Source: Leptogorgia sarmentosa
Lineage: Eukaryota
Assembly: GCA_964658305.1 (NCBI GenBank)
Contig: OZ210885.1
Span: 7,936,001 to 8,000,000, forward strand
DNA length: 64,000 nt
Direction: 5' to 3'
Of this stretch, positions 38,642-51,229 are shown one piece after another. The first letter of the stretch is position 1. Every line of letters starts with the position of its first letter. The notes under the pieces are model-generated. The model had not been told where the DNA came from and ran no database searches. It saw only the letters and a list, made by a program, of their open reading frames with translations. A program made the translations under genes and the position numbers.

Positions 38642-41600
38642 AAGGTCTTGATCCTGATTTATAGATTCATAGATTTAGTATACACAGAGTTATAGTAAAT
38701 GTACATATAGATAATGTTTCTGCCAGACCAGGTCACTGAACTTGAGCAGCATGCTATATTTTTACGGTTTCGAAGTTACCATCTCAAGAAGGAACGAAGT
38801 GGGCTGTGTACTAAGACGGCCGAGTGTATCAAATTTTAGAAAATTGGATTATATTTTATAGTGAAGTTGGTTCGAATGATGAATTAAATTACTGAGAAAT
38901 GCCTGTAAATTTGATAAATTAATATATGCACAACGCAGACGTATATCAGTGTTTGAAAAGCTGCGATACATAAACACGAAGCTTTATGGACTTATGGAGG
39001 TCGAGGTAGGCTTAGGAAATGAGCCAGACTAGAAGATTTAGCACTTCAAATTATAAATGAATAACGTGATTGATAGAGACGACATTGAATGAGTGGTTAT
39101 TTTCCATCCCTAAGTGCAGCTATTGGAGTGAGCATTCATGTCGCCTTGCATGAAGACGTTTTATGCGCTTCATGCAATTGAAAACATTTCGGTTGCTAGC
39201 TCGCTGTGTCAGTCTAGCACATTATAAACACAATTCGTATCAAATATCATTATTTCATTTCATATGTGTCGCGGCTTCAAAGAAATGTTCCCAATGCGAA
39301 TTTTCCATAACAACTACGGCCTCATTCTTTTGGACACCACTACATTTATTACAATCACCAAAACATTTATTACATCGTTTTTCTGTTTTGCTTTATCTCA
39401 CATCACTGAAAAGATCGTAGCTACAATAATATCCAACATACTTGACCTTCAAAATCCCAACGCATCTGAGCCCATGACCTAGAGTGGGCTGTAGCTTCCT
39501 CAATTTTTTGCTTGGTTATAATATGCTATTTATACTGGATAGACTCTTGTTAATCAAGTGCTTGCATTAAGGTTAGCTCAGGAGTTAAGATTGCGCCATT
39601 AGTTATTGGTTGATTGAGAAGGCTGTATCAGGTCATATTGCAGTTTAATGCTCTAACTGAGCATTCTGGATGACTTTTTTTGCTAACTCGTTAAAAACAC
39701 AGTGGTTTTCCCTTGTCGAGGGAAATATGAATTGTCTGGCATTACAATGTGTCCAAAGATACTTGATAAGCATCGCTTTCTTTTTGGTCACTTCGTAATA
39801 TCATCTGACATCAGAGTAAAATAATAAAGTACATGATGGATTGGAGTTAATGATTTCAAGCATTGACAATCAAGGTTATCTGCTTCAGTACCAATAAACA
39901 TTTCCATCATGCACTAATGTAACCCAGCGGTATTCACGAGAGGCGTTGAGAGTTTGCCGATGTATTCTGGTTCACTATTTTATAGCTAGATTTCCACACC
40001 TATTTTTATTCCGAGTTAATCTATGACACTATATGGTATCTATTACTAATTTTAAATGTTTTTTAAGTCATAAGTTTACAGTCACACCAACTATAAATTA
40101 TAACAGGCAGCCAAAATGATGTGCAATGCAATTTATAATTAACACAAGTCGTACGTAGTAGAAAGAGGCCATAGTCAACTGTGAGGAAATTAAACTGCGT
40201 ATTTTAACCCCTTTTCGATACTCTTGATTGAAGTTTTATTTGTTTCCCAAGCAACATGCCATGTATTTTCAACGTGTCAGGTTTCAATATTTTCTCGCAT
40301 TGCTCTTGGCATACGTGCAGCCTAATGCTTTATTTCCGCTTTCATTTTGAAACTAAAAGAAGATTATCTATTTGGGATCAGAAGTCTTTACACTTTTATG
40401 TTTAGTACTTTGAACGTAAAGACCGTACGATATAGCACAAGAAAAGATTTATTCAAAATGTTGCGATAGACATACTCAAATAAAGGTAAGAAACATCATA
40501 TTTCTAGTGTCAATTAGCCAACGCGATTATTGTGGAATGCAGACTGTGTACAACACTCGCAAATGCCTTTGGAATGTGGCGCAAAATGATCTTAAAATAT
40601 GCTATACAATACGAGAAATGTGAATTATTCTAAGATGGATAAATGTATGGATTCGAATTGAATATTTTCCCGTTTCAGCGTGTTATATAATGCTATACCT
40701 ACACATGTTATTGTTATAGCTTGCATAACCATAAGACAAGGCAAAAGCACAGACAAGGTCTACTCATATTTATTGAAATATGCAATACGAGACATGACTA
40801 AGAATGATTTGGAAGTATTTGCAAAAATATTGTAGGTTTTAAAACTGAAAAGGTTAACCTAACATAATTTTTACATATTGCTCATACATAATGCACTGAT
40901 ATAATGACTGATTATTAGTGTGAAATTTCATAATATGCGCTGAAATATTCTCACTGTTATGATGTGAGATATCTGGTGATTCACCTACAAGTATCAGTTG
41001 CCTTTGTTCGTTGAAATCACCGCAAGGTCTTGATCCTGATTTATAGATTCATAGATTTACTATACACAGATTTATAGTAAATGTACATACAGATAATGTT
41101 TCTGCCAGACCAGGTCACTGAACTTGAGCAGCATACTATATTTTTACTATTTCGAAGTTACCATCTCAAGAAGGAACGAAGTGGGCTGTGTGCTAAGACA
41201 CCCGCGAGAGTATTTAATGTGGAAATTGTAAGTTGGTTCGAATGATGAATTGGAATCACTGAGAAATGACTTTAAATTTGATAAATTTATATAATATGCA
41301 CAACGCAGACGTAAATCAGGGTTTAATCAGCTGCGATACAAAAATGCGGAACTTTATGGACTTATGAACCTCGAGGTAGGCTAAGTCGGACTAGAAGATT
41401 TAGCAGTTCCACTTATAAATGAATAACGTGATTGATAGAGACGACATTGAATGAGTGGTTATTTTCCATCCCTAAGTGCAGCTATTGGAGTGAGCATTCA
41501 TGTTGCCTTAAAGACGTTTTATGCGCTTCATGCAATTCAAAACATTTCGGTTGCTAGCTCGCTGTGTCAGTCTAGCACATTGTAAACACAATTCGTATCA

Positions 41601-41812
41601 AATATCATTATTTCATTTCATATGAGTCGCGGCTTTAAAGAAATGTTCCCAATGCGAATTTTCCATAACACCTACGGCCACATTCTTTTGGACACCACTA
41701 CATTTATTTCAATCACCAAAACATTTATTACATCGTTTTTCTGTTTTGCTTTATCTCACATCACTGAAAAGATCGTAGCTACAATAATATCAAACATACT
41801 TGACCTTCAAAG
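38642..41812 (+). repeat. Direct duplication of about 0.8 kb (38642-39452 and 41024-41812)
   Basis: Both copies start aaggtcttgatcctgatttatagattc and end catacttgaccttcaaa; high identity by eye. Confidence 0.88.
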
Positions 41813-44800
41813 CCATTGAGATTAGCTATGGTGCGCAAAGACGCGTTGAGACAGATATTTGCCAGATGTAATGCTTTAGCTTGCCACTCAAGTGATATGC
41901 ATGTAATGAGGATTTTAACTTGAAAAATACGTCGATCAAGATCTGCGTATGAAATTTGTTCCACATTAAGTTAGGATGAGTAAACAAGAAAGTGGTTTCC
42001 ATTTGACAAATAAACTTGTATGGCATCAGAAAATGTGAATAATAATTAATATGACCTACAGGATCAAGATGGATTGCAATTTAGTGTGTTTACTCATGGG
42101 TTCACCACGCGTTCTTCTTCTCAATTAAATTCATAGAAGATCATTGTTATGGAACAAAAATCTTTACGCTTTTATGTTTCGTACTTTTCCACGGTAAAGA
42201 CTCTACGTTATGATATAAAACGATATTTGCTGTATTAAAAATATTTCGATCGAAATGTAACATTCCTAGCTTGACTCGGCCAATGCGATTACTGCGGAAT
42301 GCAGACTGCGTGACTCGCGGATATTTTCCTATGCCTTTGCAATGTAGAGTAGAATACAAAGTTTTTAAAAATATCATACGAGAAATTCGAACTATTTTCT
42401 ACAAGCGCAGCAGAGCCCATGGCCTGGAGTGGGCTGTAGCTTCCTCAATTTTTTGCTGGGTTATAATATGCTAACAAGAATATGGGAAGACTGTATAATC
42501 CACGCTTACAAATCGAAGGGATTACCGATCAAGAATGCCACACAAAATTGTTTATGCTGAGCAGGTTTCGCGTTATATTTTGCACGATACTATCTATACT
42601 GATCCGCAGTGAATGTGCAGAAATTAAAAATCATATTCTGGTATATCAGATGACGTTTAAGTTGCATGTTGCAGACAGCTGTAGTTAGGATAAAAATTTA
42701 GAGATACTAATGGGGGTAGTATCGCATAGCACTTGGCTACGTAGACTGTGATTAATCTCCACTGTCATTTAGAGCCTCCAAGATTATATTTTAGAGCAGA
42801 AGTCTTAGTGAAATGTGGGCAACTGTGATGTATTTAGTGAAATAAAGGCAGCAAAAGTCATAACTCTACCTGAATTTCACAAACGACATTTTAAGCCTTA
42901 GATAGATGTGTTACCGTTATTTTCTCTTTGTATACAATATGGTTATAAAATATGTTTGACTTTCACGTCTGATGGTAGCACGATAGAGAAATCGAAGTGA
43001 CATATTCATAGAAACTAAAGGAAAATTCAAGGAATTTTAAAACTATTTTCCAAGGCATTCTCAAGTTCTCGCAGGCTGAATTTTAATCTGCCGGAAATTG
43101 AAAGGGATTTCCCCTTTTCTCAAGCCATGTTCTGATTACACTCAGAGTTTTAATATTTTAGCCAGTCTGTGGTTTATTGTAGCAGTGAGTTTCATGTATT
43201 TCGTTCTCTGTCAACATAATCGCAATCATACTACATTGACGAGTAATTGAAAGCGGGACAGGGAATAAGAAACGAGGTGAGTTTGATTTAAATGTCTAGT
43301 AAACCAAAGAAATTCCCGTAGGATTTCCCGTCACAGAGATGCGAAGATGCCGTGTGTTAGGAAAGCAATATTCCCGTTGAAAGGAAAATACGTTAGACAT
43401 GAACGACACAAATGACGGAACAAATATATTCAACCGTAATAAGGTTACAAATAGGTATAATATGCTCGAAATAATGAACGAACTGCGAGAGACCAAAGCC
43501 GGAAGCTAAATCTTCATGCTGTACCTACGTTTATATTTTGCCATACATGATTGTGTTGATCGCCATTTCAAGCGAATTTATATCCCTATCAGAATTTATT
43601 TGCTGAAAACTCCACCAAAACCTAAAAGTTTTCGCTCTGTTAACACGGAATTTTCAATACTGATATTACTAATGCTAATAGAAATTGCTCACGAGAGGAA
43701 TATGGCTTACTAAGCAAGATTTGCTTACAAATATTTATAGCTGCATTTCATATGACAAGGTTACAATCATGATTTAATGTTAGTGAAATAATATCAGCAG
43801 TCAGTAGGCTGATAGAAGTCTATCAAAATTCACCTTCTCATACTGTACACTTTGGTGAATTCAGTGGCTAATTTTGTCCCCTTCATTAATGATTTTTCCT
43901 ACAGCTTCTCTAAGGCATTCCAACCCATTCCATACAAATTTCTTGGCAGTGACTAAGCCAAGCTGTGTTCAGACATACATTAATAAATGATATAGAAACT
44001 CTAACCCTATCATCATTGACTTTATACTGTAGTACAGCATGCATCAAGTTGTATATTGCATCAGTAGTTTGTGACCTAGCTGGTGATTCCTAGCATGGCA
44101 CATAAGTCCAGAGCATTCCCTGTTACACAGGGCCTTCACTTGCTCTAAAAACACCACCAAAACCTCAAGCTTTTGCTCTGCAAACCCACATTCTTTCAGT
44201 ACAATTATATTATGCTTAATATAAATTTATTAAATAGTGAAGACAATTCTATTATTTGCCCACAGCAAACAAGTTTTGTGTTACATATTTATAGCTGTTT
44301 TATACCACAAGAATTCAATCATGTTTTGATGTTACAAGGATGTCAATCTCCATCAAAAAGTAAAAACTACACAACCAGAAATTTGACAAAAAGACATTTT
44401 GGAGCATTTTAATACATTGCAGCAACTGTCCCAGCATGTGTATAATTTTTACTCAATATTAAGACACATTAACTCCCCTCAAAAATTTTCACATTGAATG
44501 AAGTTCTATAAAACCATATTGATTTACATACTGATGTTATATTTCACTGCAAATTTCAAGTGTCACAATTGAATTTAGAGTGTTTTTACCTCAGATTTAG
44601 ATCAGATCTACATATTTCATTTGTGTTTTGAAATCATAAGGCTAATAAGGGATTGGATTAGATTTGACTACATCATTCTGGATTGAGTCAAATTTGATTT
44701 TGATTTCAATCTGGATGGATTGAATTGCTGATTGAAAATAATGCATTGAATGTGAAATCCAAATTTTATTGCAGAAAGAATATGACTGGGCCTGAAACTG

Positions 44801-46154
44801 CAAAACAAATCATGCATGTTTTTTGCCCACATGTTTTTCATTCCTTAAATTCCATTTTGCATGTACATAAACTGTCAAGCTAGACATGAGTTTCTTTCTG
44901 CCACTTACTGGAAAAATCCCCCTGCCTCGATCTCGCACATTTTACTTTAATTTTCATTGTTAGCTTATCACATTTTAGCTTATGATAAGTTTTATAAACT
45001 GTTTGAATCTATAAAACCTGATTGTCAGGAATTGTGACCGTGAGATTCCAGACCAGCATTCTGACCGACCGAGCTGTAGAAGTCACTTGTTGAGTAATAA
45101 CTTTAAGTTCATGTAGATTTATCTTGTATTTGTGCAGATGGTTGGTTGTTATTGCTCAGTTGTTATATAATACTGTCCAAACAAAATCAAACTGCCACAG
45201 ATACTGCCAAAGAACATTAAGTGTTTTACTTCCCATCCCTGGTCATGATCAGGTCTAAAACATGGTAGCTACAGTATATATAATCCTCACATTGATTACG
45301 TCATTTATTATATATTCCTGTACTTTGCCGATATCTTGGAGTATAGATGGGGGGTGGGGGAGAACAAGGGGAGGGGGCACTGCTTTTTTAGTTTGAGCCA
45401 TGTTATAATAAAGTAGACCACAACATTTAGTTGGTCTATTAAACATCAATGAAATTGTTGATTTCTTGTCAAAATTAACACTGGCTCTGCCCCATTTTCT
45501 TATCTCCTTATAGAAATGTGATTGGTTCAGCTGTTGACATCATCCAACAACAATACATAGTGTGAAAAACTTGATTTTCAACCTGAATCAAGGCTTCCAA
45601 ATTAGAACATTTAGTTTCCTGAGATTATAAAATAAATTAAGGTAAGTTAATTGTCCAGTAACAAACTTCAGAATGTGGTCAGTATTACCAGCGGATAACA
45701 GAATCGACAAGCATGAGGTGCTCCTTGATCGAGAATCAGTGTTGATAGTTAAGGAAAAGTGCACATATTATTTTTATGAGGGTGAACATATTAACATCTT
45801 TGTTGTCAATGGTTTTCCAATATGGTTTTTATTTTAGTCACCTACATATAGATTACTTAATGCAATTGTATATAACACCATGTGTCTCTCATCTCCCACA
45901 ATATTTCCTGACAAAGGGCCCAGTTGTTCAAAATGTCAAACCTTATTGTGGCATCATTTAATGTGTATAGATAGGGGGGGGGGGGGGTTGCTGGTTATCG
46001 ATAAGTTATTACATCGCACTCAGACATTAACCCAATTTCAACATCATGTTAAAATTAGAACTTCATTTTTTGTGGGTAGTTTAATTCTCTCCTTTTGTAT
46101 CTTTATCTCCTTTTGTATCTTTATCTCCTTTTGTATCTGTATTTCTAAATCTTC

Positions 46155-46495
46155 ATGATGTTGAACATCATAAATTGAATTGAGCATTGCCAAACAAAGC
46201 AGCCTCCATCCTCACTTCGGGCTTATTCAATACAGACTTGAGCATGCAATAATCAGGGACCAAACAACAGGTGGACCTTTATTGCTTTCAGGTTTTCAGC
46301 GATATAACTGCAACTTAGCAACGCTCAGTCTGTAGCGCTGTTAGCATTCTGTTCTTGACTAATTAGGTTGTTGCGAAGTCTTCAAATTCATAGGAAAGCA
46401 AACTTCAATAATAGCAGTATATAACCTCACGCAAGTTTGTTTACAAGTTTCATTAAAAACTATAGTATATATGATTGGCAACATTTCAGTCTAAA
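46155..46495 (-). repeat. Inverted partial copies of sequence upstream of gene A (about 32175-32315 and 29000-29145)
   Basis: gagcattgccaaacaaagcagcctccatcctcacttcgg and aaattcataggaaagcaaacttcaata are reverse complements of those blocks. Confidence 0.8.
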
Positions 46496-46591
46496 AGTTG
46501 ATAGATTCCGTCCGTATTATAGCGGACGATTTTGTGGTTGCATGTTTATTATGCCCTGGCCTTCATTGTACTATATATGCGTATTTCAGGA

Positions 46592-48042
46592 CAGGGGCGG
46601 ATCCAGGATTTTTCGTACGTTAGTCAAAAATTTTGTTGCTAATTATCGGCGGGGGGGGGGGGGGGGGAGGACGTTGGAGGGTGTTAACTTTTGTTGAGAT
46701 GGAGGGAGGTGGCATAAAATATGCTTGAAATGACTGCTTCGCACAACGTAAGCATGACTAAGGAACATAACATTATAAAGTATATTCCAGCATGGACTGG
46801 TTTTTAAAGGCGCTCGCACGCCCGTTTAATTGAAATTCCCAGAACTATGTCAGCAATTTTCGGTAACAGGTTCAATAGTATATGTAATCTATACCAGCAA
46901 ATAACAAAATATAGTTATTTCTACACTTTTATTCATGGTATAAACATGTTAATATTGACAATAGCAACCTGATCCATTTTACTCGCGCTGCATACTTGTT
47001 GCATAGAGATCGTATGACATGACTCACACGATGACACAAAGCCATGCCACATTGTTTATATGTGAATGTGCTTTTAGTTCATACCGGCAGCATAATTTAG
47101 AAGTAATTACTGATTAATACACATATAAGTCCACATTTTACAAGAGGAATAAACAAAGTATTAACAAACTAAAACTGTCTGCCCTGTATTAAGAAGCCGC
47201 AGTATATTGTAATATTGAATTATTATGTTAATTATGTTTGTTATTGTATACGTGTAGTCGCTAAATTTATCTCGATCGCGCCGTAAACCGTGATAATCCA
47301 TAGAGTTTCATGCCTGCCGCGTTGTCCGTGCAAGACAAGAATGTAATATTCAATGCCAAATTTTCAGCGTTGAATAACTGTTAAATATTCGACATTAGAT
47401 ACACAGTCTATGTGTTCGCTCCTTGGTCCTTAGATCAGCTTCATTACTGTACCTTAAGATACTGTCAGTCGTATTTCTTTAAAGCTGCCTTTACAATAGC
47501 TCAAAATTGATAAATTGTCCAATTCAATGGCTTCGAATACTTCCAACTTTACTGTATTTAAACCTTTCGTCAAGTAGCGATCAGAAGGTGCAAAAACTTC
47601 GTACTCAATGCTGCAAAACATTGGCCTGAGCCCTCATTGCTGAACGCTTGTGAACGCTCTGATCGATCAAAAACACTCAGCCAATGGCAAGGCAGAATTT
47701 TTTTGAATAAGCCAATTGAATAGCCTGTATTCGAGCCCCTGATCGCTTCAGCGATCAGAACTCCCCACAGATCGCGCAAAATTCGAGGATAGCCAATCAG
47801 ATGGCTAGAATCGGCCCAAATCGCGCAAAACTCATGCGTAAGACCGCTTTTCTGCGCGTTCATGTTCGAAGGCCGAGCAACAGCAACTGGATGATATTTA
47901 AGAACTGGACTGTCAACTTTCAATGCAATACACTGCGTGAAGTGCAACAACTGGATTGCTATTGTGAATTGTGATTGCACAATTTTTACCAATTTTCACC
48001 TTAGTCGCATGATCGCTCTGATCACCCCTAGATCCGCCCCTG
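46592..48042. mobile_element. hAT-type non-autonomous element (1451 bp), 8-bp TSD TTTCAGGA
   Basis: CAGGGGCGGATC...GATCCGCCCCTG termini with a perfect TSD. Confidence 0.9.
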
Positions 48043-49851
48043 TTTCAGGAGGGAAATTATGAATTGTGCCGAACAATGTTTTACGTAAAGTGAAGCGTAT
48101 TTTCGAGCGATTATTGCATTAGAATGGCATGGCATGAATGACACACATAACGAAACAAATACAGTGTATTTAATGGCAGTAAATTTACAAATACCATTAA
48201 CATAACGAAGCGCGAAGCACGAATCCGGATGTTTACAGACAATGTCGGATGGTCAATCTTTTCTACTCGCATGGCTTTTTTAATGCTATGGACTGGTGGG
48301 CATTTTCCCCACTGGCCTTTCCTCTGCCCAACCACTGAAGAAAAAATTGGCCAGTTGCCCCAAAGCCAGAACCCTAGGACCTGTATTGAGTAAAAAATGA
48401 GCTTAACATTGAAAAGAAGTTTAAAACTATATTTTTTTATCGTTCTATACTAATAGTATACTAACATAAAACAAAAAATTATTTTGTTGCCGATTGGTGT
48501 AGCAGGAAATCATACCCGTACCTTGACAACCACTCAGAAATTCTCAGAAATAATTTTTGGTAACTGCGTATGCGCTTCACCCATTTTTTACTTGCGGCAT
48601 GGTTGTGTTTGAATGCTTAGCGTGCAATTTATTGCAAATTTCTCTATCAAAGCTTTGTTATGGGGAAGCTGAGATTTTTTGAAAAATCTTTTTTGATTTG
48701 CCCTTTGGCAGTTTTTGCCCACTAATGAAAATTCCTTAAAAATGCACTGTCCAGTCGTACTCATCTGGCTTGTCGGATTTTTAAAAACAATCAACATTGC
48801 CACCTAAAACATTCGAGTTGATAGGTCGTTGTTTCAGTATGTCACAATTTGGACAGAATTCCTATCAAAATGTCACTATTCCATTTGTTATACCTGATTG
48901 TGTTGTCGCCATTGCAAGGCAATTTTCCCTATCAGAATTAAGGCTTACGCGTACACACGTAAAGGTCTAAATCTCTCTATATTTCATTTTAAAAACACAT
49001 ACTACATCATTCAAAGTATGAGATGCTTTACATTTATTCATGTGATTGTATAGAAAGCAATGTTAAAACACGAAAATTTATGTTCTTCGTTTTTAGTGCA
49101 TTGTGATGAGGGGCGAAATTCACATCAGTTATTCATTCATCCAGTCATAGTGTCAACTCTGGGGGGCCCTTCCCAAATTCTCCCGATGTGCGAAACTCAA
49201 TATAGTTGCCTTATATCCTTTCAATGTGCGTTGAGACAAATATTATCCAATTGTAACGTTGTACTATAATTGTTCCGATCATTATTTGCAGTTATTCTTA
49301 TGGATAAGAAAGTTAGCTAGACAAGTAATGTAATCTAAGATGCCTCAAGTTATAGTACACAATGCCACATAGCCCCTCCGGAATTTAGATTTTTGCGAAA
49401 AGTACAACTCAGCTCGTGTTCGGGGGATGAAATATTTGTGCACACAATACGGCGGACGCTAAAGACTAGGACATTGAATCAGTCATTATAACGTTGCCAA
49501 GTTTCAACAATGTGTGAATATGTTGCGAACGTGGTTAAAACGTTATTTGAATATCTGCCATAAAGATATGGTGCCGTGGATATTATAGCTACATAAATGT
49601 GCAAAAATGTTTTAGTTTGAGACAACGGCCTTTGGTCCGAACGTCGAATCTTATTGTATCATTTAGCTCCGGTGGTAAGTAGAACTTTTCCTGCCTGATA
49701 ATATTGTTTTTCACCACCCACCCAGACTTCCTGCACTAAGTGAATGAACATGTCTGGTGCTTCCAGCCATAGTCGTTTTTCTGTGCTTCTCGATCAACGT
49801 TAATCCAGCATTTATTATCGTTTCAGGTTTCTGTGGAGGCGTCACTATAGA

Positions 49852-49856
49852 ATGAG
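49852..49856 (+). CDS. Candidate start-codon exon for gene B (exon 49827-49856 ending ATG AG|gt)
   Basis: Gene B has Lys where gene A has Met, so it needs an upstream start. tttcag|GTTT...ATGAG|gtaaaa gives phase 2, joining to A TCG GCA... as MRSAHSLPSSSEKISEEE. Phase fit is the only evidence. Confidence 0.35.
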
Positions 49857-50618
49857 GTAAAAACCATGGGGAATCGAATCCAAAGGTTTGAACTATCAAT
49901 CTTAATTTAGGCCTCTTTACACATTTCACTCGGGCATACACTGGGATTTACAATTTCATGCCTATGATGCAAGGCATGGTATGAGACCGTTATATATATA
50001 TTTCACAATAAATGGCAGCTTCTGATGTGCGAAACGTTGTAGTTGACTGATATCCTTACAATCATTAAACAAAAGTTGTCTGATTGTAGCAATATTCTGT
50101 TGTTCACTATTGAAGAAGTCCATAAGTTACCACGAACACCGACGGAGAGTGCGTCCAGAAGTTCAAATTTGGCGACAATTTTTGAATTTCTGTGTATGCA
50201 CAATATAGCCGACGCTAAGAGGGGGGCCGTGAATCAGTAATTGCGGCCAACAATGTCTGATTGTTGTGTTGCTAAAGCTGATGTTACACAAAACGATTTT
50301 TAACGACAATGAAATCAATCAAATCTAACCAATCAAATCTCGCGCAACTTCATTGGCATTTCGAATCGTCGTTGAAAATCGTCCCGTGTAACATCTGGCT
50401 AAAGCAGTTAAAATGTATTTGTGATAAATGTAGTCATGTAAGGTTACCGAATTATTTTAATGTTCCAAGCCAGTTGTTACCAAATGAATCCACACCAGAA
50501 AATTTCACTTTTAGATAATTTTAAAGCCTCTCTGAGGATAATCTCGCCTGTACTGATTACACAATTATGCTTTCGCTGCTAGAATTCTAAACCCTCATTT
50601 TTTATATCAAATTGATAG

Positions 50619-51229
50619 ATCGGCACATTCTCTACCGAGTAGCAGCGAAAAGATATCGGAGGAAGAACAACATTGGGTTTTAGTTGGCATTGCCTTTACC
50701 AAAGTTCTTGCACCTGCATTGAGGAAAGTTGTCGCCACTGAACTTGGGAAATGGTATCATTCTTTATGCCAACCACCTGATGAAATTCAAAAGCAAGATT
50801 TTACAAAGCACAAGAAGAAATTACCTCCTTCCAAACAGAGGCTGGAGTACAGGAACATCAACAACAACCGTATCCATAACCGAGCTTCCGCCTATGATTA
50901 TGCTGTTAAAGATCCTCTGTCGCTGGCGAAACTATTCCTCAAGGAGTTTATGGCACATTGCACTGGATTTGACGAGACCATGGATATGTCAGCACTTTTA
51001 ACTATTATGGGTGAGGCAGCTCCTTTTGTATCTTCTGGCGCTGCAGCTGAAGCAAAGAAAATACGGTCGGACATCAGAAACCCATGGGCTCATTGTAACA
51101 TCTCTGAATGGACAGTACATATGTTTAATGCCTCGTTTCAAGGAATGGAATCTTTGGTCAAATTGGTTAATTTACCAACAGCTGACAAAACAAAAATTTG
51201 TGATGAACTAGATTTCTGGAATAAAACAG
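50619..51229 (+). CDS. Gene B exon: HEPN-like domain
   Basis: tgatag|ATCGGCA; reads ...KISEEEQHWVLVGIAFTKVLAPALR...RSDIRNPWAHCN...FWNKT; donor G|gtactg. Confidence 0.82.

Noticed and set aside
39163..39482. Duplicated short ORFs (also 41622-41819) as a gene between the two receptors
   Set aside because: Stops occur in the alternative frames, there is no recognisable domain, and the conservation is explained by the recent 0.8-kb duplication.
50043..50240. ORF with LLFTIEEVHKLP, reminiscent of an AAA+ Walker B
   Set aside because: Short, no Walker A, no supporting exons or paralogous copy; probably chance or a decayed TE.
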